Of a stretch of DNA of 64,000 bases, positions 42,101 to 53,400 are shown piece by piece. The DNA comes from an uncultured Gemmatimonadales bacterium (GTDB lineage Bacteria; Gemmatimonadota; Gemmatimonadetes; Longimicrobiales; Longimicrobiaceae). Made by a program: the position numbers and the translations under genes. Each line of letters starts with the position of its first letter. Position 1 is the first letter of the stretch. The stretch spans positions 7,584,001 through 7,648,000 of the forward strand of contig OY970303.1 in NCBI GenBank assembly GCA_963716255.1. The letters are read 5' to 3'. The notes below the pieces were generated by a model. The model was not told the origin of the DNA. It saw nothing but the letters and a program-made list of their open reading frames with translations, and did not search any database.

Positions 42101-44407
42101 CGGGTGGAGGTGGGGGAGGGGTCGTGGGTGGAGCTGGCCCGGCGCGCCTTCGAGCTGGAGGGGGAGATCCTCCCCTTCCGGCGCTACCCTCTCGCGGAGA
42201 TGCAGCGGGTCCTGGGATGGCGGCCGGTGGGAGACGCGGGGTTCAACTTCATCCACTTCCACGTCTACCGGGCGCTCGCGGGGACGGAGGGGGTCGGGCT
42301 CCGGGGAGAGCGCTTCTTCCAGGAGACCGAGTTCCCCCTGATGGCCAACTTCTACCTCGACTGGACCACCGGCGCGGTCCGCTGCCGGCTGGACCACGAC
42401 CCGCGCGCGCTCGGGGCGGGGGAGGTGGATCTCCTCGCCGGCCACTACGCCCGGGCCCTCCACGCCCTGGCCCTGGACCCCCGCGCGCCCGCCGCGGCCG
42501 CACCGCTCCTCCCGGAGGCGGAGCGGGCGCGGGTGCTGGCGTGGGGGAAGGGGGACCCGGTGGAGACCGACGCCTGCGTCCACGCGCTCTTCGCGGAGCA
42601 GGCGCGGCGCACCCCCGGGGCGGTGGCGCTGGTCTCCGCCGGGGGGGCGCTCACCTACGCCGAGGTGGAGCGCGAGGCCAACCAGCTCGCGCGCCTCCTG
42701 CGCCGCCGCGGCGTGGGTCCCGGGAGCCGGGTGGGCCTCTGCCTGGAGCGCTCCCCCGCCGCCGTCGTCGCCATCCTGGGGATCCTCAAGGCCGGCGGCG
42801 CCTACGTTCCCCTCGACCCGGGCCACCCGGAGGCCCGCCTCGCGCTCCTGCTCCGCGACGCGGGGGTGCGCCTGGTGGTGAGCGCCGCCGGGCTGCGCGG
42901 CCGCCTCCCCTCCGGTACGGGAGTGCTGTGCCTGGACGCGGCCGCGGAGGAGCGGGGGAGGGAGAGCCCGGAGGCGCCGGAGGTGGCCGCGGACCCGGAA
43001 GGGCTGGCGTACGTGATGTACACCTCGGGCTCCACCGGGACGCCCAAGGGGGTGATGGTGCCGCACCGGGCCGTCGTCCGGCTGGCGCGGGGGAGCGGCC
43101 ATGCCCTCTTCTCCCCGGACGAGGTCTTCCTGCAGCTGGCGCCGCTCTCCTTCGACGCCTCCACCCTGGAGATCTGGGGCGCGCTCCTCCACGGCGCGCG
43201 CCTGGTGGTGGCGCCGGCGCGGGCGCCCTCGCTGGAGGAGCTGGACGAGCTCGCCGCGCGGCACGGGGTCACCACCCTGTGGCTCACGGCGGGGCTCTTC
43301 CACTCGCTGGTGGACGCGCGGCCGGAGGCGCTCCGGGGGGTGCGGCAGCTCCTGGCCGGGGGGGACGTGCTTTCCCCCGCGCACGTGCGCCGGGCGAGGG
43401 AGGCGTTCCCGGGACTGCGGCTGGTGAACGGCTACGGGCCGACGGAAAACACCACCTTCACCTGCTGCCACGTGGCGACCGGCGACGACGTGGCCTCGGT
43501 GCCGGTGGGGCGTCCCGTCGCGGGAACGCGCGTGTACGTGCTGGACGCGGGGATGGCGCCGGTGCCGGTGGGGGTGCCCGGGGAGCTGTACGCCGGGGGC
43601 GCGGGGGTCGCCCGGGGATACCTGGGGCGGCCGGAGCTGACGGCGGAAAGGTTCGTCCCCGACCCGTTCCCGGACGCGCCCGGAGCGCGGCTCTACCGCA
43701 CCGGGGACCGGGTGCGGTGGCTCGCGTCGGGGGAGGTGGAGTTCCTGGGACGGGCGGACGCGCAGGTGAAGGTGCGGGGCTTCCGCGTCGAGCCCGGCGA
43801 GGTGGAGGCGGCGCTGCGGGAGCACCCGCGGGTGCGGGAGGCGGTCGTGGCGGTGCGCGGGGAGGGGGCGGGCGAGAAGCGCCTGGTGGCGTACGTCACG
43901 GGGGAGGGAGGGGGAGGGCCGTGGGGCGCGGAGGTGCGCGACCACCTGCGGGCGCGGCTCCCGGAGCCCATGGTACCCGCCGCCGTCGTGGTGCTGGAGC
44001 GGCTCCCGCTGACGCCCAACGGGAAGGTGGACCGCCGCGCCCTTCCCGATCCCCGCGAGGAGGCGGCGGACGGCGGGGACGGCTACCTGGCGCCGCGCAC
44101 GTCGGTGGAGGACACGCTCGCCCGGATCTGGAGCGAGGCGCTGCGGGTGGAGCGGGTGGGGGTGCACGACGACTTCTTCGACCTGGGGGGCGACTCCCTG
44201 GTCTCGCTGCGGATCGTCGCGCGGGTGGGGGAGGCGTTCGGGGTGCGGCTCTCCCCCGGCGACCTGTACGACGCGCCGACGGTGGAGCGGATGGCGGTGG
44301 CCGTTGCGCGGGAGCAGATCCGGGCGCTGGCGGGGGAGGGGCTGGGAGAGGCCGCGTTGCGGGCCCTCCTGGCGGGGGAGCCGGGGGAACTCGAACTGGA
44401 AGCCTGA
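36113..44407 (+). CDS. NRPS 1: A-T-C-A-T-C(dehydrating type)-A-T, no TE
   Basis: Three YTSGSTGxPKG A domains; T motifs GGHSL, GGDSI, GGDSL; C motifs HHIIHDG, EHHAVLDG; start 36113 or 36074. Confidence 0.95.
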   Translation: MATSMVDPALRPEVSPGACPIHFLFEAQEARTPGAEAVASGDEVLTYAELNRRANRLAHHLRANGAGPEERVGVCLDRTPELIVSLLAVLKSGAAYVPLDPAYPRERVALTLRDAGASLVVTRERLVPLLDGYGGDLVRVDADLEGIAQEAEENPRSGVAPHNLAYLIYTSGSTGTPKGVQIEHRSAAALLDWCRGTWTAEECAGVLASTSVCFDMSVFEIFHTLAVGGKIILAENALALPHLPAHEQVTLVNTVPAAAAELLRGGGIPRSVRVVNLGGEPLRGALARGLYGLAHVDKVYNLYGPSEDTTYSTSLLVPRGDDGEPTVGRPITGTRLHLLDEALAPVPEGEVGEVYLAGTGLARDYLGRPELTAERFLPDPSGEPGSRMYRVGDLGRVLPNGEVQCLGRIDHQVKVRGFRVELGEVEAVLERHPAVREAVVAAREGASGERRLVAYVVPAGEGASAGVLREHLRARLPEYMVPSALVILDALPLLPNGKVDRGDLPAPDPALYAAGAEHVPPRTPVEEGLARIWSEVLGVERVGVRDSFFDLGGHSLALIRVGSRVREAFGVEVPVGTLFRAATVEELARALGEAGGAGVLPLVRVPRGEDLPLAYSQERVWFIQQLAPENLSYHFQLSLSFRGRLDVGALERSLTELVHRHEILHTAFPTVRERPVQRIGRPWRVRLPVVDLASLPEEERPGAARRWMEDELRRRFDLARLPLIRWSLLRLAPDRHLLVHVEHHIIHDGWSVNVLLGELVALYRAETSGEDAGLPELPVQFADYAVWQREWMKGEEARAQLASWKERLAGSRPVLDLPFDRSRPPVQRFRGAAPRFRIPGALYRPLRELARAEGATLFMVMLAGFDVLLARYARQDDLNVGTGIATRRHRELEGVVGMFVNSVVLRCELGGDPTFRELLARVREATLAAYANQDLPFDAVVEAVRPDRHPGRNPLFQAMFSFHDSAAPALRLPGLETELTVGLSNGSAKFDLNVIAIPHADHPAYHAPGVDPEAVTLVWEYDSDLFDAATMERMFSHFRTVLESAVADPDARVPELRLLGEEERGQLLRAGSATRSFPVEGTLPRGVEGWAARTPGAVAVRCGEEALTYAELNARANRLAHHLRRRGVAEGTRVGVALERSPEMVVAIVAILRAGGAYVPLDPAYPAARLAFLLEDAGVPVLVTTERLRGGLPPFTGGVVSLDGDAGAIGIEPAADPGSGAGPQSPAYVIYTSGSTGTPKGVVVTHANVLRLFAATEAWFGFGAEDVWTLFHSYAFDFSVWEIWGALLHGGRLVVVPFAVSRDPGAFRALLAREGVTVLSQTPSAFRQLVEADRLAGAADGELALRTVVFGGEALEPAMLRPWVERHGDERPRLVNMYGITETTVHVTGRVITREDVERGAGSPIGIPIPDLSLHLLDDRLQPVPVGVPGEICVGGAGVAPGYLNRPELTAQRFVRDPFSAEPGARLYRSGDLARRLSSGELEYLGRADQQVKVRGFRIEPGEVAAALLGCPGVGEAVVVARTDAGEPRLVAYVVPAAGGTPPAPGAMREHLQRSLPEHMVPAAFVPLAAIPLTAHGKLDREALPAPDGAALGTAEYVPPRTPAERVLAEVWRQVLGVERVGIDDNYFAVGGDSIRSVRIVAEAGRRGVGVSLPQLFRHQTVRDLAAAADTAHGSAPDRPRSAPFSLVPEEVRRGLPEGVEDAYPPTLLQLGMLYHSERRPESTLYRNVNSYRVETRFDEAAMREAAARLAARHPVLRTSFDLATYPEPLQLVWRAAAIPLQVEDLRPLSAGEQELRLEAMVREEAHRRFDWTRPPLLRFRAHLRGEACFQFTFCEHHAVLDGWSAASMVTELLRTFLALRDGKPDPMAEAPALAFREYVALEREAVGSEAHREFWTRLAADGSPSTLPGRSASDGAGGDPRSVHVDVPPEVSGRLKRVAEEAGVPLKSVLLAAHLRVLALVSGSPEVLTGVVANGRPEAEDAERVLGLFLNTVPFRVEVGEGSWVELARRAFELEGEILPFRRYPLAEMQRVLGWRPVGDAGFNFIHFHVYRALAGTEGVGLRGERFFQETEFPLMANFYLDWTTGAVRCRLDHDPRALGAGEVDLLAGHYARALHALALDPRAPAAAAPLLPEAERARVLAWGKGDPVETDACVHALFAEQARRTPGAVALVSAGGALTYAEVEREANQLARLLRRRGVGPGSRVGLCLERSPAAVVAILGILKAGGAYVPLDPGHPEARLALLLRDAGVRLVVSAAGLRGRLPSGTGVLCLDAAAEERGRESPEAPEVAADPEGLAYVMYTSGSTGTPKGVMVPHRAVVRLARGSGHALFSPDEVFLQLAPLSFDASTLEIWGALLHGARLVVAPARAPSLEELDELAARHGVTTLWLTAGLFHSLVDARPEALRGVRQLLAGGDVLSPAHVRRAREAFPGLRLVNGYGPTENTTFTCCHVATGDDVASVPVGRPVAGTRVYVLDAGMAPVPVGVPGELYAGGAGVARGYLGRPELTAERFVPDPFPDAPGARLYRTGDRVRWLASGEVEFLGRADAQVKVRGFRVEPGEVEAALREHPRVREAVVAVRGEGAGEKRLVAYVTGEGGGGPWGAEVRDHLRARLPEPMVPAAVVVLERLPLTPNGKVDRRALPDPREEAADGGDGYLAPRTSVEDTLARIWSEALRVERVGVHDDFFDLGGDSLVSLRIVARVGEAFGVRLSPGDLYDAPTVERMAVAVAREQIRALAGEGLGEAALRALLAGEPGELELEA

Positions 44408-44414
44408 AGCGAAG

Positions 44415-47400
44415 ATGTCCAGCCTTTCCGATCGTCTGGGCCAGCTTTCCCCGGAGCAGCTCGCCGCCCTGGTCCGGCGGCTCGGGGAGCGCGCGCCCGG
44501 CGCGTCCGCGGGGATCCCCCGCCGCTCCGGGGACGCGCCGCCCCCCGCCTCCTTCGCGCAGCGGCGGCTCTGGTTCCTGGACCGCCTCCTGGGGGGGACG
44601 CCCGCCTACAACGTGCCCTTCGCCTTCCGCCTGCGCGGGGAGGTGGACGCCACGGCGCTCGGCCGCGCGCTGGACGCCCTGGTGGAGCGGCACGAGGCGC
44701 TGCGCACCCGCTTCGCCGAGGCCGACGGAGAGCCGGTGCAGGTGGTAGAGGCGCGCCTCCCGGCGGAGCTCGGGACGGAAACGCTCCCCGCGGGCGCGGA
44801 GGTCCTGGAGCGGGTGTCGGCGGAGGCGTGGCGCCCCTTCGACCTCGCGGCCGGGCCGCTCTTCCGCTTCCGCCTCTTCCGGACCGGGACGGGGGAGAGC
44901 GTCCTCCTCCTGGTCTTCCACCACGCGGTCTTCGACGGCGCCTCGCTGGGGGTGCTGGCGGCCGAGCTGTCCGCGCTGTACACGGCGCACGCGCGGGGGG
45001 AGGAGCCCCGCCTCCCGGAGCTCCCGGTGCAGTACGCCGACTACGCCGCCTGGCAGCGGGACGCCCTCGGCGGGGAGGCGCTGGAGCGCGGGCTGGCGTA
45101 CTGGCGCGAGCGCCTGGCGGAGCTGGAGCCGCTGGACCTCCCCGCCGACCGCCCGCGGCCCCCGGGGCCGGGCCTGCGCGCGGCCGTCCACGCCCTCGAC
45201 CTCCCGGGGGAGCCGGCCGCCCGCCTGCGGGCGCTCGCCCGGTCCGAGCGGGCGACCCCGTTCGTGCTCGTCCTCGCCGCGTTCCAGCTCCTCCTCGCCC
45301 GCTTCGCGGGGCAGGAGGACGTGGCCGTGGGGATCCCCGTCTCCGGGCGCGACCGCCGGGATGTCGAGGGGGTGATCGGCTTCTTCGTCAACACCCTGGT
45401 GCTGCGCACCGACCTTTCCGGCGACCCGCCGTTCCGGGAGCTCCTGGCGCGGGTGCGGGAGGGGGTGCGCGGGGCGCAGGAGCACCGCGAGGTCCCGTTC
45501 GAGGCCCTGGTGGACGCCCTGCACCCGGACCGGAGCCCGGACCGCTCGCCGCTCTTCCAGGCGATGTTCGCGTACCGGCCCGCGGCGGAGGCCGGGCTGA
45601 GCCTCCCGGGCGCGGTCGCCGAGCCGGTGGAGGTCCCCGCCGTGGCCTCCAAGTTCGACCTGTCGCTGGAGGTGCGGGAAACGGCGGAAGGGATGCGCGC
45701 GGTCTTCCACTACGCGCCGGAGCTCTTCGACGCTTCCACCGTGGAGCGGATGGGAGAGCACTTCCGCGCCGTGCTGGAGCGCGCGGCCGCGGACCCGGGG
45801 GCCCCGCTCTCGGCCGTGGCGGCGCTCCCGGAGGGGGAGCGCGGGCGGGTGCTGGTGGAGTGGAACCGCACCCCGGACGCGGGTCCGGCGGAGACCGTGC
45901 ACGCCCTGTTCGCGCGCCGGGCGGAGCGCACGCCGGACGCGGTCGCGGTGACGTGCGCGGGGGAGTCGCTGAGCTACGCGGAGCTGGACCGGCGCTCGGC
46001 GCGGCTGGCGCACCACCTCCGGGCGCTCGGGGTGGGGCCGGAGGTGCGCGTCGGGATCGCGCTGACCCGCTCGTTCCGGATGGTGGAGGCGGTGCTGGGC
46101 GTGCTCAGGGCGGGGGGCGCGTACGTCCCCCTCGACCCGGAGCAGCCGGCGGCGCGCCTGGCCGCCCTGCTGCGCGACTCGGAGGCGGCGGTGCTCGTGA
46201 CCGAGGAGCAGGTGTCCGCGCGCCTCCCCGGCCACCCCCGGGTGGTGTGCCTGGACCGCGGCGCCGCGGAGATCGCCGCCCGCCCCGGGAGCGCCCCGGC
46301 CGTCCCGGTCCGTCCGGAGAACCTGGCGTACGTGCTCTTCACCTCCGGCTCCACCGGGGAGCCCAAGGGGGTGATGGTGGAGCACCGGAGGGTGGCGGCG
46401 CTGGTCCGCTGGCTGCACGGGGAGGTCCCGGAAGAGGAGCGGTCCACGACGCTGGGGTGCGGGCCCCTGGCCTTCGACGCCTCCGTGGGCGAGATCTTCG
46501 GCACGCTCTGCGGCGGGGGGAAGCTGGTCCTTGTGCAGGACGCGCTGGAGCTGGCCCGGGTCCCGGGGGCGGAGGGGGTGCGGATGGCCGCCATGGTCCC
46601 TTCCGCCGCCGCGGAGCTGGTGCGGATGGGCGCCATCCCCGCGGGGCTGCGGCGGATCCACCTGGGGGGGGAGGCCCTCCCCGCCGTCCTGGCGCGCGCG
46701 CTCCACGGGGCGGGGGTGGAGCGGGTGGTGAACCTGTACGGCCCCACCGAGGACACCGTGTACTCCACCCGCGCGGAGGTGGAGCCCGGCGCAGAGCGGA
46801 TCGTCATCGGCACTCCCCTCCCGGGGACCCGCGCCTACGTGCTCGACCGCCGCCTCGACCCCGCCCCCGTGGGCGCGGTCGGCGAGCTCTTCCTGGCGGG
46901 GAGCGGCCAGTCGCGGGGGTATGCCGCCCGCCCCGGGCTGACGGCCGAGCGCTTCGTCCCCGACCCGTTCGCCCCGGAGCCGGGGGGACGGATGTACCGT
47001 ACCGGGGACCGCGTGCGCTGGACCGCGGACGGACGCCTGGAGTACCTGGGGCGCGCCGACCACCAGGTGAAGCTGCGGGGCTTCCGCGTCGAGCCGGGGG
47101 AGATCGAGGCGGCGATCCTGGCGCATCCCGGGGTGCGCCAGGCGCTGGTGATGGCGCGCGAGGACGCCCCGGGGGACCGCCGCCTGGTGGCCTACCTCGC
47201 CACCGGCGCGGAGGGGTTCGACCTCGCGGCCCTGCGGGAGGCGCTCCGGGAGCGCCTCCCGGCCTACATGGTGCCGGCGGCGTTCGTGACGCTGGACGCC
47301 TTCCCGCTCAACCGCAACGACAAGGTGGACCGGCGCGCGCTCCCCGCGCCGGAGTACGGCCCCGGGGGCTCCGGCCCCGGGGCGCCCCGCACCCCCACGG

Positions 47401-50400
47401 AGGAGATCCTGGCCGGGATCTTCGCGGAGGTGCTGCGCTGCGAGCGGGTGGGGGTGCACGACGATTTCTTCGACCTGGGGGGGCACTCCCTCCTCGCCAC
47501 CCAGGCGGTTTCCCGGGTCCGCCGCGCCCTGGGGGTGGAGCTCCCGCTGCGCGCGCTCTTCGAGGCGCCGACGGTGGCGGGGGTGGCGGAGCGCGTGGAC
47601 GCCGGCGCCCGGGCGGCGGGCCCCCCGATCACCCCGGCGCGGCGCGACGTCCCCCTCCCGCTCTCCTTCTCGCAGGAGCGGCTCTGGTTCCTGGAGCAGC
47701 TGGAGCCGGGGACGGCGCATCACAACATCCCCTTCGCCTTCAGCCTGCGCGGGCCGCTGGATGCCGGGGTCTTGGAGCGCGCCTTCGCGGAAACGGTCCG
47801 CCGGCACGAGGCGCTCCGGACGGTGTTCGCGTCGCGCGACGGGGTTCCCGTGCAGGTGGTGGAGCCCGCGGGGCGCTTCCGCCTGCCGGTGGGCGACCTG
47901 TCGCGCCTCCGCGAGGGGGAGCGCCGGGCGGAGGCCGGGCGCCTCGCGGCGGAGGAGTCGCGCCTCCCCTTCGACCTGGAGAGAAGGCCGCTCCTGCGCG
48001 TCCGCCTCCTGCGCCTGGAGGGCGAGGAGCACGTGCTGCTGGTCACCCTGCACCACGTCGTGGGGGACGCCTGGTCGCTCGGGGTGCTCTACGGCGAGGT
48101 GTCGCGCCTGTACGCCGCCTTCGCCCGGGGCGAGCCCTCTCCGCTCCCCGCTCCGCAGGTGCAGTACGCCGACTTCGCGGCCTGGCAGCGGGAGTGGCTG
48201 CGGGGGGAAAGGCTGGAGCGGCAGCTCGCGTACTGGCGGGAGCGGCTGGCCGGCGCGCCCCCGCTCCTGGAGCTCCCCACCGACCGCCCGCGCCCGGCCG
48301 TGCAGACGCACCGCGCGGGCGAGCACCGGGTCCTCCTCCCGTCCTCCCTGGCCGCGTCGCTCCGCGAGGTGAGCCGCGGGGAGGGGGCCACCCTCTTCAT
48401 GGTGCTCCTCGCCGCCCTGGCGGCGGTGCTCCGGCGCTGGTCGGGCCAGGAGGACGTGGTGGTGGGCACCCCGATCGCGGGGCGCACCCGGGCGGAGACG
48501 GAGGGGGTGGTCGGCTTCTTCGTCAACATGCTCCCGCTGCGCACCGACCTTGCCGGCGACCCCGCCTTCCGCGGGCTCCTGGCGCGGGTGCGGGAGGCGA
48601 CGCTCGGCGCCTACGCCCACCAGGATCTCCCGGTGGAAAAGCTCCTGGACGAGCTGGGGACCGAGCGCACCCTCGGCCACAGCGCCCTCTACCAGGTGAT
48701 GCTGGTGCTCCACAACACGCCCGGGGAGCCGCTGAGCCTCCCCGGCGTGGAGGTGGCACGGGTGCCGGTGGCGCCCCCGGCCACCGCGCTGGACCTGGGG
48801 GTGGCGGTCACGGAGCGCCCCGAGGGGCTGGACGTCTCCCTTTCCTACAACGCGGACCTCTTCGAGGCGCCGACGGTGCAGGGGATGGCGGCGTACCTCG
48901 GGGAGGTGCTGCGGGCGGCGGCCGCGGACCCGGACCGGCGGCTCTCGGAGCTCCCCGCGCTCGCCCCGGAAGACCTCCTCCGGCAGCGGACGGAGTGGTC
49001 CGGGGAGGGGCGGACGGCCCTCCCCCTCGCGTGCGTGCACCGGCTCGTCGCGGCGCGGGCGGCGGAGTCGCCGGACGCGGCGGCGGTGGAGATGGCGGGG
49101 ACGCGCCTCACCCGGGGGGAGCTGGACCGGCGGTCGGCGGCGCTCGCCGGGCGGCTGCGCGCCGCGGGCGTGGGCCCCGAGGTCCGGGTGGCGGTCTGGG
49201 CCGAGCGGAGCCCCGCGACGCTGGTGGCGATCCTGGCGACCCTCCGGGCCGGGGGGGCCTACGTCCCGCTCGACCCCGCGTACCCCGCGGAGCGGCTGCG
49301 CGCGCTGATCGACGACAGCGGCGCGGCGGTGGTCCTCGCCCCGTCCCGGCTGCGGGGGAGGATCCCGGCCGGCGTGGAGGTGGTGGAGCTGGACGGGGAG
49401 GGCGGGGGAGAGCCGGCGGCGCCGGAAGTGGAGGTGGACGCCGCGAGCCTGGCGTACGTGATCTACACGTCCGGCTCCACGGGCGCGCCCAAGGGGGTGA
49501 TGGTCTCGCACGCCTCGCTCGCCGGGTTCGTGGACGCGGCGCGGCGCGAGCTGGGGATCGGCCCCGCCGACCGCGTCCTGCAGTTCGCCACCTTCAGCTT
49601 CGACACCAGCGTGGAGGAGGTCTTCCCCGCGCTCACCGCCGGCGCGACGCTGGTGCTCCGGACCGAGGAGATGCTGGAAAGCGTCGCCACCTTCCTGCGG
49701 CGGTGCGGCGAGTGGGGGATCACCGTGCTGGACCTCCCCACCGCCTTCTGGCACGAGGTGGCCGCGGAGCTGGAGCGGAGCGGCCTCCGGCTCCCGGAGT
49801 GCGTGCGCCTGGTCGTCATCGGCGGGGAGCGCGCCCTCCCGGAGAGGGTGGCCGCCTGGCACGCCGCGGCGGGCGGGCGCGTGCGCCTGGTGAACACCTA
49901 CGGGCCCACCGAGGCGACCGTCGCCGCCACCGCCGCCACGCTCCTCCCGGAGGCGCGGCGCCTGAGCGAGCGCGGGGACCCGCTCCCGCTTCCGCCGGTC
50001 CCCATCGGCGCACCGCTGGCGAACGCCCGCGTCCACGTCCTCGACGGCCGGATGGAGCCGGTCCCCGCAGGCGCGCGGGGGGAGATCCTCGTCGGGGGGG
50101 GCGGGGTCGCGCGGGGGTACCTGGGGCGGCCGGAGCTCACGGCGGAGCGCTTTCTCCCCGACCCGTTCTCGCCGCAGCCGGGGGCGCGGCTCTACCGCAC
50201 CGGCGACGCGGCCCGCTGGCGCCACGACGGGCGGCTGGACTACCTGGGCCGGACCGACGAGCAGGTCAAGGTCCGCGGCTTCCGCGTGGAGCCGGCCGAG
50301 GTGGAGGCCGCCCTGCTGCGCCACCCCGCCATCCGCGACGCGGCGGTCGCCGCACGGGAGGACGAGCCGGGCCGCGCCCGGCTGGCCGCCTACGTGGTCC

Positions 50401-53400
50401 CGGAGGGGGCGCCCCCGTCGGCCGCGGAGCTGCGCGACTTCCTCCGCGCCCGGCTCCCGGAGTACATGGTGCCCGCGGTCTTCGTCCCCCTCGCCGGGCT
50501 CCCCCTGACCCCCAGCGGAAAGCTGGACCGGCGCGCCCTCCCGGCCCCGGAATGGGGGGTCCCGGACGCGGCGGGGGACGCGGCGCCCCGCACCCCCGCC
50601 GAGGAGCGCCTCGCCGCCGTCTGGGCGGAGGTGCTGCGGCTGGAGCGGGTGGGGGTGCACGACAACTTCTTCGAGCTGGGCGGCGATTCCATCCTTTCCA
50701 TCCAGGTGGTGGCCCTCGCCCGGCGCGCGGGGCTGGCCCTCTCGCCCAGGCAGCTCTTCGAGCACCAGACGGTGGCCGCGCTCGCCCGGGCGGCGGGCGC
50801 CGCTCTCGCCGCGCCGGACGGGGAGGAGGAGGAGGCCGGCGGCGAGGTGGAGCCCACTCCCATCCAGCGGTGGTTCTTCGGCCGGGACCTCCCCGAGCCC
50901 CACCACTGGAACATGGCGACGCTCCTCCGCCCGGCGAGGCCGCTGGAAGCCGCCGTGCTGGAGCGGGCGCTCGCGGCGCTCCTCGCGCACCACGACGCGC
51001 TCCGCCTGCGCTTCGTCCGGGGGGAGGCCGGGTGGACGCAGGCGTACGCCGCCGCGGAGCCGCGCGCCCCGCTGGTCGTGGTGGACGTGTCGGGGGTGGC
51101 GGCGAGGGACCGGGCGCGCGCGCGGGAATCCGCGGCCGCGGGGGTGCAGGCGAGCCTCGACCTGGCGGCCGGTCCGCTGGCGCGGGTGGCGCTCTTCGAG
51201 GGCGGGGCGGGGGAGCAGCGGCTGCTGGTCGTCGTCCACCACCTGGGGGTGGACGGGGTCTCGTGGCGCATCCTCCTGGAAGACCTGGAGACGGCGTACG
51301 GGGAGATCGCGCGGGGCGGGGCCCCCGTGCTCCCGGCGAAGACGACCTCCTTCCGGCGGTGGGCGGCCCGCCTGGCCGAGCACGCGCGCCGGGGCGGCTT
51401 CGACGGCGAGGCGGCCCACTGGTGCGCCGGGGAAGGGGCGGACGTGCCGCCGCTCCCGGTGGACCACCCGGGCGGCGCGAACCCCGAGGGCGCCGCGGAG
51501 CGCGTCACCGTGGAGCTCGGCGAGGAGGACACCCGCGCCCTCCTCCAGGAAGCCCCGAAGGCGTACCGGACCCGCGTGGACGAGGTGCTCCTGTGCGCGC
51601 TGGCGCGGGCCTTCCGGAGCTGGACGGGGGAGGACCGGCTCCGGGTGGAGCTGGAGGGGCACGGGCGGGAGGACCTCTTCCCCGGGGTGGACCTTTCCCG
51701 CACCGTGGGGTGGTTCACCTCCCTCTTCCCCGTGCTCCTGGACCTGCGGGGGGCGGACGCGGCGGGCGACGCGCTGCGGGCCGTCAAGGAGCAGCTCCGG
51801 GCAGTACCCTCCCGGGGGATCGGGTTCGGGGCGCTCCGCTTCCTCGCCCCGCGCGGCGACGTCCGGGCAGGGCTCGCCGCCCTCCCAGCGGCGCAGGTGC
51901 GCTTCAACTACCTGGGACAGTTCGGCCGGGAGGCCGCCGGCGGCTCCCTCCTGGTCCCGGTCCGTGAGCCGATGGGCCCCAACGTGAGCCCGCGGGCCGA
52001 GCGCGGCTGCCTCTTCGACCTCCTCGGGGCGGTGGAGGGAGGGCGGCTCCGCGTGACCTGGAGCTTCAGCCGGGCGCTCCACCGTCCCGCGACGGTCCGG
52101 GCGCTGGCGGAGGGCTTCCTCGCCGAGCTGCGGGCGCTGGTCGCCCACTGCGCCTCGGAGGAGGCGGGCGGGTACACCCCCTCGGACTTTCCGCTGGCCC
52201 GCCTGGACCAGGCATCGCTGGACCGGTGCTTCGGGAGGGAGCGGGGGATCGAGGACGTGTACCCGCTCTCCCCCATGCAGGAGGGGATGCTCTTCCACTC
52301 CCTCTACGCCCCGGGGGCGGGGGAGTACCTGGGGCAGTTCCTCTTCGACCTGGAAGGCGAGCTGGACGTGGACGCCTGGAGACGGGGGTGGGAGGCCGCC
52401 GTGGAAAGGCACACGGCGCTGCGCACGCGCTTCCTCTGGGAGGGGGTGGACGCCCCCGTGCAGGTGGTGCAGCGGCGCGCCGCGCTCCCGGTGCGCGAGG
52501 AAGACTGGCGCGCCCTGCCGCCGGCCGGGCAGGAGGCGCGGCTCGCGGCCTTCCTGGACGAGGACCGCGCCCTCGGGATGGAGCCGTCGCATGCGCCGCT
52601 CCTGCGGCTGGCGCTCTTCCGGACCGGGGAGCGGGCGTACTCCCTGGTGTGGACGGCGCACCACCTGGTGATGGACGGGTGGAGCCTCCCGCTGGTCTTC
52701 CGCGACGCGGTGGCGGCGTACGACGCCTCGGTCGAGGGCCGGGCGCCGGAGCTGCCGCCGGCCCGCCCCTACGCCGAGTACGTCGCCTGGCTCCGCGGGC
52801 GGGACCTCGCGCGGGCGGAGGAGTTCTGGCGCGACGCGCTGGCGGGCTTTTCCGCGCCCACCCCCCTGGGCGTGGACCACCGCCCGGCGGGGGACGCGGG
52901 AGGGCGGGGACGCCTGGAGAGGAAGCCGGACGACGCCCTGGGGGCGGCGCTGGAGCGGCTCGCGCGGCGGGAGCAGGTCACGGTCAACACCGTGGTGCAG
53001 GGCGCGTGGTCGCTCCTCCTCGCCCGCTACTCCGGGGAGGAGGACGTGGTCTTCGGGGGGGTGGCCTCGGGGCGCCCGGCGGAGCTCCCCGGGGTGGAGA
53101 CGATGGTGGGCCTCTTCATCAACACCCTCCCGGTGCGGGCCCGGGTGCGCCCCGGCGAGCGGACCGGAGAGTGGCTCCGGGGGCTGCAGGAGCAGCAGGC
53201 GAGGGCCCGCGAGCACGAGCACGCGCCGCTGGCGCAGGTGCAGAGGTGGAGCGGGGTGCCGGCGGGGGAGCCGCTCTTCGAGAGCATCCTGGTCTTCCAG
53301 AACCAGCCCGTCCCGGCGGAGCTGGGGAGATCCGGGCGCGGGGTGGTGCGGGTGCGCACCCGCGACCGGGTGGAGCAGACCGGGTACGCCCTGGCGCTGG

